Of a DNA stretch of 64,000 bases, positions 5,856-14,675 are shown piece after piece. The notes beneath the pieces were generated by a model, which searched no databases, had not been told where the DNA came from, and saw only the letters and a list, made by a program, of their open reading frames with translations. A program made the position numbers and the translations under genes. Numbering within the stretch: position 1 is the stretch's first letter; each line of letters begins with the position of its first letter. Source of the stretch: an uncultured Planctomycetales bacterium (GTDB lineage: Bacteria > Omnitrophota > Gorgyraeia > Zapsychrales > Aceulaceae); NCBI GenBank assembly GCA_964648665.1, contig CAZYOA010000002.1, forward strand, positions 75,002-139,001, in the 5' to 3' direction.

Positions 5856-8800
5856 TTAATCAATATCAATGTAATCTGTTTTTTTCATAGAAAATAAATA
5901 TGCTCGACCAGCTTCAAACTGTCCGATTCCATCAATCCAGACACCATCAACTTTTTCAATGTATTTTTCACCTTGCACATCCTCAACATGCCACAGAGAA
6001 TCATTGTCAGGATCGATTAGCCCGGCTATGGTATCCATCGCATTTTTATCTGCTAAAAATCCAATAAAGTTATAACCTGAAAAAAGTTCAACATTTGTTT
6101 GTCCCAAGTACAAAGTTCCTGCAAGTGTCATGGTCGTAGCAGAATTCAACTGGATTACAACACCATTTCCTGGGCTTAAAGGTTCCGTAAAATTATTTAC
6201 TCCCGAACCTGGATTAAAGAAGTTATAATTTCGGTCATAAGCCATCTGCAAATTTCCCTCTGCCACTAATGGTGCTAGCAAATCTTCTATTAGCATACTT
6301 TCGGCTTGAACTGTTGGAGCAAAAAAATTCATACCCGCATCAAATGTCAAATTTTGTGTAATAATGGCCACTTCGTAGCGATAAATCAAATCAAATGCAT
6401 TTGAGACTTTTACTTGATAACCTTTTCCCGGCTGCATTTGTCCAATTGTGTTGATGTTCGTTTCCGGCCAATAGACATGTCCTTGCCCATCTTGAACGAC
6501 AATAATATCCTCTTGATGTCCTGCAAAGACATCTTCTATATTAAAAGGTTGATCCAGCGGATACCCAATCATTTGCCACCCTGGAGACAATGTAACAGTA
6601 GTAGGTAAAGATACAGGATTAGCCACCAAAGAAAGAGTGGCTTGCTCATTGACTTTAACTTGATAGCCTTCCTTGACATCAATTTCGCCAATCGTATTGA
6701 TTCCATATTCTGGCCAAAAAACATGTCCTGAGTCACCCTTGATAATAACAAGGTTCCCTTGAGAAATAAGCGGCGCAAAAATACTCTCAACCGACATATT
6801 TACTGGTTCGACATTAAAAGAAATCATATTCCATCCAGCATTAAAATGTATCTCTTGGGAAACAGCCGACATGCCTGTGGAGTAATTCTGAACAATATCC
6901 TCATTGACGGATGTGTAATATATTGGCGTGAGTGGATTAAAAGTGTAGCCTTCTTTGAATGTTTCTACTGTTCCAGACCAGTCCTGTTGAACAACAAAAC
7001 GATATGTTCCATCAGCTCCTGTGGTAATAGGTGTTATATTGGGGTCGTTGGTAGTCACCAAAACCCCTTCCAAAGGGGCCCCATTTTCTGAAACAACACC
7101 TTGAATATTATATCGGGAAAGAATAAATGCATTTCCCGAGCCGAAAAAGTTTCCTAATCCATAAGCATTTCCAATGAGCATTTTACTCTCTGATAGCGCA
7201 ACTTGAGTACCAAACGAACCCAATTCGTTCTCAGGAGGAACAATCCGAGTTGTCTCTGTCTCTGGCCATGCCCCAGATGAATTACGGGTATACAAATAAG
7301 TTGCATTTCCTAAGGACCCTCCGTAAGACCCTACAAGAATTATGTCATCTTCTATTGCAACAGATCGACCAAAACATCCACCTTGTATACCATCGCTGGG
7401 TAGAATCTTGCGTGTTTCATTCTCGGGCCAGTTACCATCGGAATTCTCAACAAAAATATAAGCTGCTCCTAAATTTGAAGCAATAGAATCATCTGTGTGA
7501 GCTCCTACGATGGCGGTATTTCCAGATAAAGAAACTTGGGCTCCAAATGAACTTTGAGAACTACCGTCACTTGGAAGTATTTTTTGTTCTTCTTCCCATA
7601 AGGCAGTGTTTTCGTTTAATTTAAAAATATAAGCAGCTCCAGCATTGGTTCCGTTTGTGTCGTCGTTAAAATCTCCGATAACAAGCGTATCTTCTTGAGT
7701 TGAAATTGATGTTCCAAATTGATTACTATTCTTGCTGTCATTTGGAAGTATTATGCTATTAGCAATGGGAGGAAATGTACCTTGAGCATTTCGTTTAAAT
7801 ACATAAACAGCTCCTGTTGAAGCGCCAGATATAGATGAGTTTCCATCTCCAATAAAAAGTGTATCTTCTATTAAAAAAACAGAACCTCCAAAATGAAAAC
7901 TAGCTTTTTGTTGATTGTTCCAATTTATTCTTTGTGTATAGGTTTCTGGCCACGTACCGTTTAGGTTTTGTTCATAAATATAAACATAAGAAAAGCTTCC
8001 GACAATAATGGTGTTATTTGAAGCACTGACAGATAATCCATAAACAGTCGCCTCTGGATTAGGATTTACTAATGCCTTGCTTTCAAAGTGAGGCCAATTG
8101 CCATCTTCATCCTTGGAATATATATAGGCGCTACCGAAATAATTATTTGTAGAAGCGCAGCCTATAACAGCCTTATCTCCTTGTATAGCTATTTGATAAA
8201 ATCCAAACCCACTACCCGAAGAAACATCAGATCCAATTATTTTTCCGTTTTCCCAATTGTTAACAACTCTTTTGTAATCCTCGTAAACATCACCAGCCTG
8301 ACTGGAAACTGACAGCTTCAAGTATAGTGGTGTTGCTTGCTCCAAGACATTAAGCGTTGCTAAAATAGGATATTCTATTTCACCCCCAGTTCCTGCCTCA
8401 GGGTATTTCTCGCCAAATGTGATATTATCTGCAACCATCCAAGGCCCCTCTAGAGATAAAGCATATTCCACTGTATAAGAGTTAAAAGACTCGCCGTAAG
8501 CAACACCTCTTATTTCAATAATTTCATTTTCAAAATATTGCTTAAAATTTTTCGGAGAAAATATTTTTGCCGCTAATGGCGTTGAAACATCTAAAGCTGC
8601 ATCTGCATTTAACATTCCATGCCCAAATGTTTCATCAAATCCTGAATCGCTAAAATTAACAGCTGAAAATCTTAGAGCAGATCGCATTTGCTCAGGAGTA
8701 AATTCAGGATGCAAAGCCCTCATTAAAGCCAATGTGCCAGCTACATGCGGAGCCGCCATAGATGTTCCATTTGATCGATAATAAATATCGTCTACAATGT

Positions 8801-10286
8801 GTTCTCCATTTTCATAAAAATCAGTATTTCTTGCTCTTAAAGATAGGATTTCAACTCCGGGAGCGGTAACATCAACCTTCATCCCAAAATTTGAAAAGTC
8901 AGCTTTTTCAGAATTAGAATCAATCGCCGCGACTGCGATAACGCTCTGCAGATTCGCTGGCATAAAAGCACTTGTTTCAAAATCGCTATTGCCCGCACTT
9001 GCAATATTCACACATCCACTCGCTTGAGCAAGGGCAAATGTATCTTCAAGAATTTGGGAGTATCCTCGCCCAGACCAAGAATTGTTTAATAGATCAGCAC
9101 CATTTTCAACAGCAAAATATATGGCTGAAGCGAGATCATCCTCATAGCCGTCACCTTGTGAATCTAGTCCTTTGATTGCCATAATTTCTGCTAAAGGAGC
9201 AACTCCAATGATGCCTATTCCATTTTCTTTTGCCGCGATTGTTCCTGCGCAATGCGTTCCATGTCCGTGATCATCCATAGGATCTGTGTCTTGATTAACA
9301 AAATCATATCCGTATTCATTTTGATCGTTCTGCCACATGTTTTCGAAAATATCAGGATGAGTGTAATCTACGCCAGAATCAATAACAGCAACAATGACAC
9401 CTTGACCCTTTGATTTTGCCCAGGCACCATTATCTTGCAATGGATCTCCCGTATGAAGAAAGTCTGGTGTGAGGCCATACATATCTCTATAGCTATTGCC
9501 CCAGCTACCAGAGGATGAATAATAAGGATCATCTGGTTCATAAAAAGCATAATATTTCTTAACATAATCAACAAATTCAACATTGTCATCTGATTCATAC
9601 ACTGCTTTTATTTGTTCAATATTGAAAGATTTGTTGTTAAATTCCATAACAAAAATAGAAGAAAGTCTGTGAAGATATTTTACCTGAAGATCAGCATTTG
9701 CGCTTTGTGAGCGATTATAAAATCGTTTATTCATATTTATAACTTTTTCTGTGAGCTCAAGCTCTTTCTCTTTTTCAAAATCAAGAGCTATCTTAGAAGT
9801 TAAAGGGCCTGTAAAAGAATCAATTGAATGTTTTAAATCTAAATCAATTAAAGGCTTTATTTCTTTAAGGTCGTATTTCTTATTTAAATTATCCAAATCA
9901 CTATTGCCTGTAATCTGAGAAAATCCATTCTTTTGACTTGCAAGTTTCTCAGCAACAACAGAAAGCCCACTTCCCTCTTTAAAACGGATAAATAATCGAT
10001 TGTCTCTATACTCAACTGTGTCTGGCGCTTTCATTACAGCAGGAGTTTTGCCAATTTTATTATAGCTATTTTCTTTTTCTTGCTGATGTTTTAATAATTC
10101 ATGAAATTCTTTAAGGTGTAGACTAGATTCAAAATTATCCTTAAGAGGCTTAAAAGATAATTCTTTAATAGAAAACTTGCTTTGTCCGTTTGCCAAAACA
10201 AGCTCAGGTAAAAAGCAAGCTCCTAAGATAAAGATAGTTGCTGTTAAGCAAAGAAATATTGTTATTGCATTTCTTTTATATTGCAT
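5856..10286 (-). CDS. Exported S8 subtilisin-family serine protease fused to a 7-blade FG-GAP-like propeller, a CarboxypepD_reg-like module and four C-terminal GWN-type repeats
   Basis: N-terminal hydrophobic signal or anchor: MQYKRNAITIFLCLTATIFILGA. Catalytic triad motifs: VAVIDSGVDYTHPD, HGHGTHCAGTIAA, GTSMAAPHVAGT. Seven repeats of type FGxSVxxxxxxxxVGxxxxxxxxxxGAAYIFxxxxxGxWPE. Confidence 0.85.
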   Translation of the reverse strand: MQYKRNAITIFLCLTATIFILGACFLPELVLANGQSKFSIKELSFKPLKDNFESSLHLKEFHELLKHQQEKENSYNKIGKTPAVMKAPDTVEYRDNRLFIRFKEGSGLSVVAEKLASQKNGFSQITGNSDLDNLNKKYDLKEIKPLIDLDLKHSIDSFTGPLTSKIALDFEKEKELELTEKVINMNKRFYNRSQSANADLQVKYLHRLSSIFVMEFNNKSFNIEQIKAVYESDDNVEFVDYVKKYYAFYEPDDPYYSSSGSWGNSYRDMYGLTPDFLHTGDPLQDNGAWAKSKGQGVIVAVIDSGVDYTHPDIFENMWQNDQNEYGYDFVNQDTDPMDDHGHGTHCAGTIAAKENGIGIIGVAPLAEIMAIKGLDSQGDGYEDDLASAIYFAVENGADLLNNSWSGRGYSQILEDTFALAQASGCVNIASAGNSDFETSAFMPANLQSVIAVAAIDSNSEKADFSNFGMKVDVTAPGVEILSLRARNTDFYENGEHIVDDIYYRSNGTSMAAPHVAGTLALMRALHPEFTPEQMRSALRFSAVNFSDSGFDETFGHGMLNADAALDVSTPLAAKIFSPKNFKQYFENEIIEIRGVAYGESFNSYTVEYALSLEGPWMVADNITFGEKYPEAGTGGEIEYPILATLNVLEQATPLYLKLSVSSQAGDVYEDYKRVVNNWENGKIIGSDVSSGSGFGFYQIAIQGDKAVIGCASTNNYFGSAYIYSKDEDGNWPHFESKALVNPNPEATVYGLSVSASNNTIIVGSFSYVYIYEQNLNGTWPETYTQRINWNNQQKASFHFGGSVFLIEDTLFIGDGNSSISGASTGAVYVFKRNAQGTFPPIANSIILPNDSKNSNQFGTSISTQEDTLVIGDFNDDTNGTNAGAAYIFKLNENTALWEEEQKILPSDGSSQSSFGAQVSLSGNTAIVGAHTDDSIASNLGAAYIFVENSDGNWPENETRKILPSDGIQGGCFGRSVAIEDDIILVGSYGGSLGNATYLYTRNSSGAWPETETTRIVPPENELGSFGTQVALSESKMLIGNAYGLGNFFGSGNAFILSRYNIQGVVSENGAPLEGVLVTTNDPNITPITTGADGTYRFVVQQDWSGTVETFKEGYTFNPLTPIYYTSVNEDIVQNYSTGMSAVSQEIHFNAGWNMISFNVEPVNMSVESIFAPLISQGNLVIIKGDSGHVFWPEYGINTIGEIDVKEGYQVKVNEQATLSLVANPVSLPTTVTLSPGWQMIGYPLDQPFNIEDVFAGHQEDIIVVQDGQGHVYWPETNINTIGQMQPGKGYQVKVSNAFDLIYRYEVAIITQNLTFDAGMNFFAPTVQAESMLIEDLLAPLVAEGNLQMAYDRNYNFFNPGSGVNNFTEPLSPGNGVVIQLNSATTMTLAGTLYLGQTNVELFSGYNFIGFLADKNAMDTIAGLIDPDNDSLWHVEDVQGEKYIEKVDGVWIDGIGQFEAGRAYLFSMKKTDYIDID

Positions 10287-10615
10287 AATTTTTTTCCCTT
10301 TTTAAATGTATTAAATAAATTAAATTGTGTTTATTGAAATTTAGAGTTTCTATTCTTTGTAATTTTGGAATAAAAGCATCCATTTCTTAATATTTAACTT
10401 TCTCTATATATTTCAATAAATCGAGTTTATTGCTTTGCTCTTTATGATTATCTTGTTTTATTCTTTAAGAAGTTTGAAATTATAACACAAAAAAATCAAA
10501 TAACAAATTTTATAAAGGATACCATGTAAAATCGAAAAAACAATGTTATTTTGAGTTTTTCTTGAATAATTTTAATTTTATTTTTAAGTTGAGGTCTATT
10601 AGAAGAATGATTATG

Positions 10616-10644
10616 TTGACAGCTTCAAAGGTGCACTTTATAAT
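10616..10644 (+). promoter_or_regulatory. Consensus sigma70-type promoter positioned for a leaderless transcript
   Basis: TTGACA (10616-10621), 17-nt spacer, TATAAT (10639-10644). Only 6 nt (ggcaaa) separate the -10 box from ATG 10651, and there is no SD. Confidence 0.55.
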
Positions 10645-10650
10645 GGCAAA

Positions 10651-11379
10651 ATGAGAAATTCAGATATAGCTATTTCTATAAAAAAATTAAGTAAGTTTTA
10701 TGGGTCTTTTGAGGCGCTTAAGGAAATTTCCTTTGATGTTGAGCGCGGAAGCTTTTTTGGGTTTTTAGGGCCTAATGGGGCTGGAAAAACAACAACAATT
10801 AATGTTTTGACTGGACTTTCGAATTATAAATCAGGATCTGTTAAAATTTTTGGATATGATGTGACATCAGAATATCAGAAGACAAGGCCTTTGATTGGGC
10901 TTTGTGCGCAAGATTTTAATTTTGACCCCTTTCTTCCTTTAGAAAAAATGCTTATTTACCAAGCTGGCTATTTTGGTATTCCTGAAAAAATAGCAGAAAA
11001 AAGAGCTGCTGAACTTTTAGATCGATTTCAGCTTCTTGACAAGAGAAATGTTAAGCATCGCGCTCTTTCTGGTGGAATGAAGAAACGTCTTTTGCTCTGT
11101 CGAGCTCTTATTCATGATCCTGAAATTTTGATTCTTGATGAACCGACTGCCGGTTGCGATCTTGAATTAAGATTTCTAATTTGGGATTATTTAGCAGAAT
11201 TGAACAAAGAAGGAAAAACAATATTTTTAACAACACATTACATGGAAGAAGCTGAGAAATTATGTAAAACTCTTGGCATTATTCATCAAGGAAATATTGT
11301 TCGTATCGGTAATAAAGAAGATATTTTAAAAGATAAAACGCTCCAGGATGCATTCTTGGAAGTTACAAATCATAGATAA
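10651..11379 (+). CDS. ABC transporter ATP-binding protein (ABC-2 / drug-exporter type)
   Basis: Walker A GPNGAGKTT, signature LSGGMKKRL, Walker B ILILDEPT. It is followed 2 nt later by an ABC-2 permease. Confidence 0.85.
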   Translation: MRNSDIAISIKKLSKFYGSFEALKEISFDVERGSFFGFLGPNGAGKTTTINVLTGLSNYKSGSVKIFGYDVTSEYQKTRPLIGLCAQDFNFDPFLPLEKMLIYQAGYFGIPEKIAEKRAAELLDRFQLLDKRNVKHRALSGGMKKRLLLCRALIHDPEILILDEPTAGCDLELRFLIWDYLAELNKEGKTIFLTTHYMEEAEKLCKTLGIIHQGNIVRIGNKEDILKDKTLQDAFLEVTNHR

Positions 11380-11381
11380 AA

Positions 11382-12155
11382 ATGCTTATAAACAACCCCA
11401 TAGGAATCTTAGCTTTATGTAAGCGTGAAATCATGCGTTTTTTATCGGTGGCAACACAAACATTGTTTCCTCCAATGATTTCGTCGACTTTGTTTATTTG
11501 TATTTTCGGCTTAGCTTTAGGAAAACGTATTGATTTAAGCGAAAGTGGGATTACTTATCTTGCTTTTATTATTCCTGGCTTAATGACCATGAATGCCATT
11601 ACAAGTTCTTATGAAAATGCCAGTTCTTCTTTATTTATATCAAGATGGCATAATCATGTTCAAGAAATTTTGCTCTCTCCTTTGTCGTACTTTGAAATGG
11701 TTTTAGGAGTTTTGGTCGGAAGTCTTGTTCGTTCACTTTTAGTTGTAAGTGCAGTTCTTACAATTTCTCTTATCTTTAATCCGATGCCAATTTCTCATCC
11801 ATTTTTAATGATTTATTTCATGATTATTATTCCTATTATCTTTTCGTGCGCTGGTATGTTGGCAGCGCTCTGGGCTGAAGATTTTAACATGCTAACAATG
11901 TGGAATACTTACTTGATTATGCCGTGCACTTTTTTAGGTGGAGTTTTTCATCCTATTCACTTGATTCCCAAGCAATTTCAATTCTTTACAAAATTAAATC
12001 CGATGTATTACTTAGTCAGCGGAATGCGTTATAGTGTTATTGGCGTATCTGATGCGCCAATTATTTATAGCATAATCATTTCTTTGGTGTTGGCTTTAAG
12101 TATTTTTCTTGTAACGGTTTACTTGTTCAAAATCGGATATAAACTGAGAACATAA
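11382..12155 (+). CDS. ABC-2 type transporter permease
   Basis: 257 aa with about 6 hydrophobic helices. Tightly coupled to the upstream ATPase. Confidence 0.75.
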   Translation: MLINNPIGILALCKREIMRFLSVATQTLFPPMISSTLFICIFGLALGKRIDLSESGITYLAFIIPGLMTMNAITSSYENASSSLFISRWHNHVQEILLSPLSYFEMVLGVLVGSLVRSLLVVSAVLTISLIFNPMPISHPFLMIYFMIIIPIIFSCAGMLAALWAEDFNMLTMWNTYLIMPCTFLGGVFHPIHLIPKQFQFFTKLNPMYYLVSGMRYSVIGVSDAPIIYSIIISLVLALSIFLVTVYLFKIGYKLRT

Positions 12156-12156
12156 A

Positions 12157-13410
12157 ATGGATTTTCTTACTCAAAAAGTTTTAGATCGGCAAAAGGAAAT
12201 TTATAAATGGATTCGTAATTCTGAGTGCATGCGAGAGCTTCCTCTTTATTCGTCTGTTGATATTAGAGATTCTGGCTTCAAAATGGCTGTCGTCGATACG
12301 AATCTTTTTCCAGCTGGTTTTAATAATATTTGTTCTCACGGCATTGCAGGTGCAACGCTTTTTATTAAAAAAGCAATTTCAAAAAGAGTTAGTCCTGGAA
12401 AAGATATTTTGATCATTGCCGAAGAGCATACTCGAAATACTTGGTATCTGGAAAACATTCGAGTCCTTAAGGAAATTATTGAGCTTGCTGGATATAATGT
12501 CACAATTGCAACCTTTCTAACCGTTCAGCCTAATTTTTGTGAAAATGCTAATGCTGTTGAATTGCTGACGGCTACAGGTAAGCCAATTAAGATTTATTGT
12601 TTTAAAAAAATTCTTGCAGAAATTAAAACTGGAAATCGAAAATTTGATTTAATTATTTTAAATAATGATTTAACTTCTGGTGTTCCAGACATCTTGCGAG
12701 AATCTGATATTCCAATTTACCCTTCTCTTCAAGCTGGATGGCATGTTCGATCAAAGTTTGAACATTTTAAGCATAATTACGGCTTGATTGAACAATTCTC
12801 AAAAATTATCGATGTTGACCCTTGGCTTCTAACATGTTTGGATGATGTTGTTAGGGATATAAATATTAATGACGAAGCTGATCGTATGCGCATGATGGGT
12901 CATGTAGAAAAACTTTTTGAAAAAATTGAAAAGAAATACAATGAATATGATATTAAAGAAAAGCCGTATATTATTTTAAAATCGGATTCTGGAACGTACG
13001 GAATGGGCGTTGTCCCTATAGAAAACCCGAAAGATATTTTGAATTTAAATCGCAAGAACCGAAACAATCTCTTTAAGGGTAAAAGCGCAAAAATAACTGA
13101 TCGCTATATTTTGCAAGAAGGTATTTCAACAAAATATCATATTAATCAAGAAATTAGCGAAGTCTGCATTTATCAAATTGATAATAATTTAATCGGCGGG
13201 TTTTATCGTTCTCATGGCGCCAAAACCAACCGTGATAATTTAAATTCTAAAGGAATGAATTTTAAGACAATGTGTCCTCATCTTAGAAAATATGGAGATT
13301 GTGGAGTTCATCATGATATGAATATTTTTGATGTTTATCGACTTCTAGGGCGTATTGCTGGTATTGCCGCACACCATGAAGTTCTGCATTTGGAAGGACT
13401 AAAGAAATGA
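12157..13410 (+). CDS. gshA: Glutamate--cysteine ligase (compact, T. ferrooxidans-type GshA family)
   Basis: The N-terminal block RELPLYSSVDIRDSGFKMAVVDTNLFPAGFNN matches my memory of that family. Overlaps gshB by 4 nt (13407-13410). Confidence 0.55.
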   Translation: MDFLTQKVLDRQKEIYKWIRNSECMRELPLYSSVDIRDSGFKMAVVDTNLFPAGFNNICSHGIAGATLFIKKAISKRVSPGKDILIIAEEHTRNTWYLENIRVLKEIIELAGYNVTIATFLTVQPNFCENANAVELLTATGKPIKIYCFKKILAEIKTGNRKFDLIILNNDLTSGVPDILRESDIPIYPSLQAGWHVRSKFEHFKHNYGLIEQFSKIIDVDPWLLTCLDDVVRDININDEADRMRMMGHVEKLFEKIEKKYNEYDIKEKPYIILKSDSGTYGMGVVPIENPKDILNLNRKNRNNLFKGKSAKITDRYILQEGISTKYHINQEISEVCIYQIDNNLIGGFYRSHGAKTNRDNLNSKGMNFKTMCPHLRKYGDCGVHHDMNIFDVYRLLGRIAGIAAHHEVLHLEGLKK

Positions 13411-14348
13411 ATTTTATTTTTTTGATGGATCCGCTAGAAACCATTAAAATTGAAAAAGATACAACTTTTGCTTTGATGCTTTGTGCTTATTTTCGCAAAC
13501 ATCGTGTTTTCTTCTTGCCCGAAGGAAATATCTCAATTAAAAATGAAAAAGTTAATTTTTGTGTAACTGAAGTTATTCCGCAAAAAAATATTAAAGCACC
13601 TTTTATCAAGAAAGAAATAATTCAGCTTACAGAAGACGATGTTGATGTTGTTTTTATTCGAACCGATCCTCCTTTTGATCAATCATATTTGATGAGCACA
13701 TGGCTCTTAGATCGCTTGCCAAAGCGTGTGGTTGTTATTAATAGTCCAAATGGTATTCGAACAGTTAATGAAAAATTATGGGTAACTCGATTTGCATCGA
13801 TTATTCCAAAAACGCTTGTCACTCGCAGTAAGAGTGACTTTATAGAATTTTTAAACGAAGAAAAACAAGCCATTGTAAAGCCAGTTCATCTTTTTGGAGG
13901 AATGAGTATTTTTCATATAAAGCAAGGAGATTTAAACGCCAGTGTTATTTTTGAAACATTAAGTAATTCCGGTGGTCGAGAAGTTATTGTTCAGCAGTAT
14001 ATTCCAGAGGCAAAAGATGGAGATAAAAGAATTTTATTGTTAGATGGTGAGCCGCTTGGCGCGCTTCTTCGCGTGCATTCTAAAGATGATCATCGAAACA
14101 ATTTCTTTTCTGGAGGATGTGCACGCGCGTGCAAGATTAATCATCATGATCAGCGCATTATTCAAATTTTAAAACCACACTTGCGAAGTCTTGGGCTTTA
14201 TTTTGTCGGGATTGATATCATTGGAAATTATTTAATTGAAGTTAACGTGACCTCTCCAACTTGCTTGCAGGAGATAGATCGACTAAATCATGTTGTTCTT
14301 GAGGATCGCGTTATTAATTTTGCTGAAGAACTAACAAAAGTTTATTAA
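13407..14348 (+). CDS. gshB: Glutathione synthetase (prokaryotic ATP-grasp type)
   Basis: Characteristic blocks: MDPLETIKIEKDTTFALML, GDKRILLLDGEPLGA and IEVNVTSPT. Length 313 aa. Confidence 0.8.
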   Translation: MNFIFLMDPLETIKIEKDTTFALMLCAYFRKHRVFFLPEGNISIKNEKVNFCVTEVIPQKNIKAPFIKKEIIQLTEDDVDVVFIRTDPPFDQSYLMSTWLLDRLPKRVVVINSPNGIRTVNEKLWVTRFASIIPKTLVTRSKSDFIEFLNEEKQAIVKPVHLFGGMSIFHIKQGDLNASVIFETLSNSGGREVIVQQYIPEAKDGDKRILLLDGEPLGALLRVHSKDDHRNNFFSGGCARACKINHHDQRIIQILKPHLRSLGLYFVGIDIIGNYLIEVNVTSPTCLQEIDRLNHVVLEDRVINFAEELTKVY

Positions 14349-14362
14349 TTAAGGAGAGTTTA

Positions 14363-14596
14363 ATGAAACTAATTTTATATTATTTCCCCGGATGTCCTTT
14401 TTGTGGTCGTGTTACAGCTTTTATTGAAGAGCATAATATTGATTTGGAAAAAAGAAACATTCATCAAGGTGATGTTATTAAGCAAGAATTATTAGATGTT
14501 GGCGGTAAAACCCAAGTCCCTTGTCTTATAATTGATGGAAAACCAATGTATGAATCAATGGAAATTATTAAATGGTTTAAAGCAAATGTTTTGTAA
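14363..14596 (+). CDS. Glutaredoxin
   Basis: 77 aa with a CPFC active site after beta1 and a TQVPCLIIDGK (cis-Pro) block. Confidence 0.75.
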   Translation: MKLILYYFPGCPFCGRVTAFIEEHNIDLEKRNIHQGDVIKQELLDVGGKTQVPCLIIDGKPMYESMEIIKWFKANVL

Positions 14597-14622
14597 TTAA
14601 GCTAAAAAATATATTGATATGC

Positions 14623-14654
14623 AGAAAGGCCCTGGATTTCTCCAGGGCCTTTCT
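14623..14654. terminator. Bidirectional terminator hairpin between convergent genes
   Basis: Perfect 14-bp stem AGAAAGGCCCTGGA / TCCAGGGCCTTTCT with a TTTC loop, flanked by A/T-rich tracts, between grx (+) and the gltB-like gene (-). Confidence 0.7.
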
Positions 14655-14675
14655 GGTTTAGAACAATTTATCTAA

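Larger units (their letters stand above)
5379..6075 (-). repeat. Copy B of the duplicated module (3' end of the S8 gene + terminator + riboswitch leader)
   Basis: See copy A (607-1320). This copy contains the intact 3' end of the subtilase gene. Confidence 0.8.

Noticed and set aside
2249-9598. Many 60-110-aa ORFs inside or antisense to the two protease genes (e.g. 2262-2492, 2959-3177, 6759-7091, 8972-9175, 9368-9598).
   Set aside because: They are fully nested in strongly supported long CDSs with clear catalytic motifs. Their translations are low-complexity and have no recognisable motifs or SDs.
10287-10650. Possible third GEMM-I riboswitch upstream of the S8 protease gene; also checked upstream of the giant gene at 45680-45895.
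   Set aside because: Neither region contains the ACGCAAAGC / GGCAAAC / CUACCGA blocks on the relevant strand.
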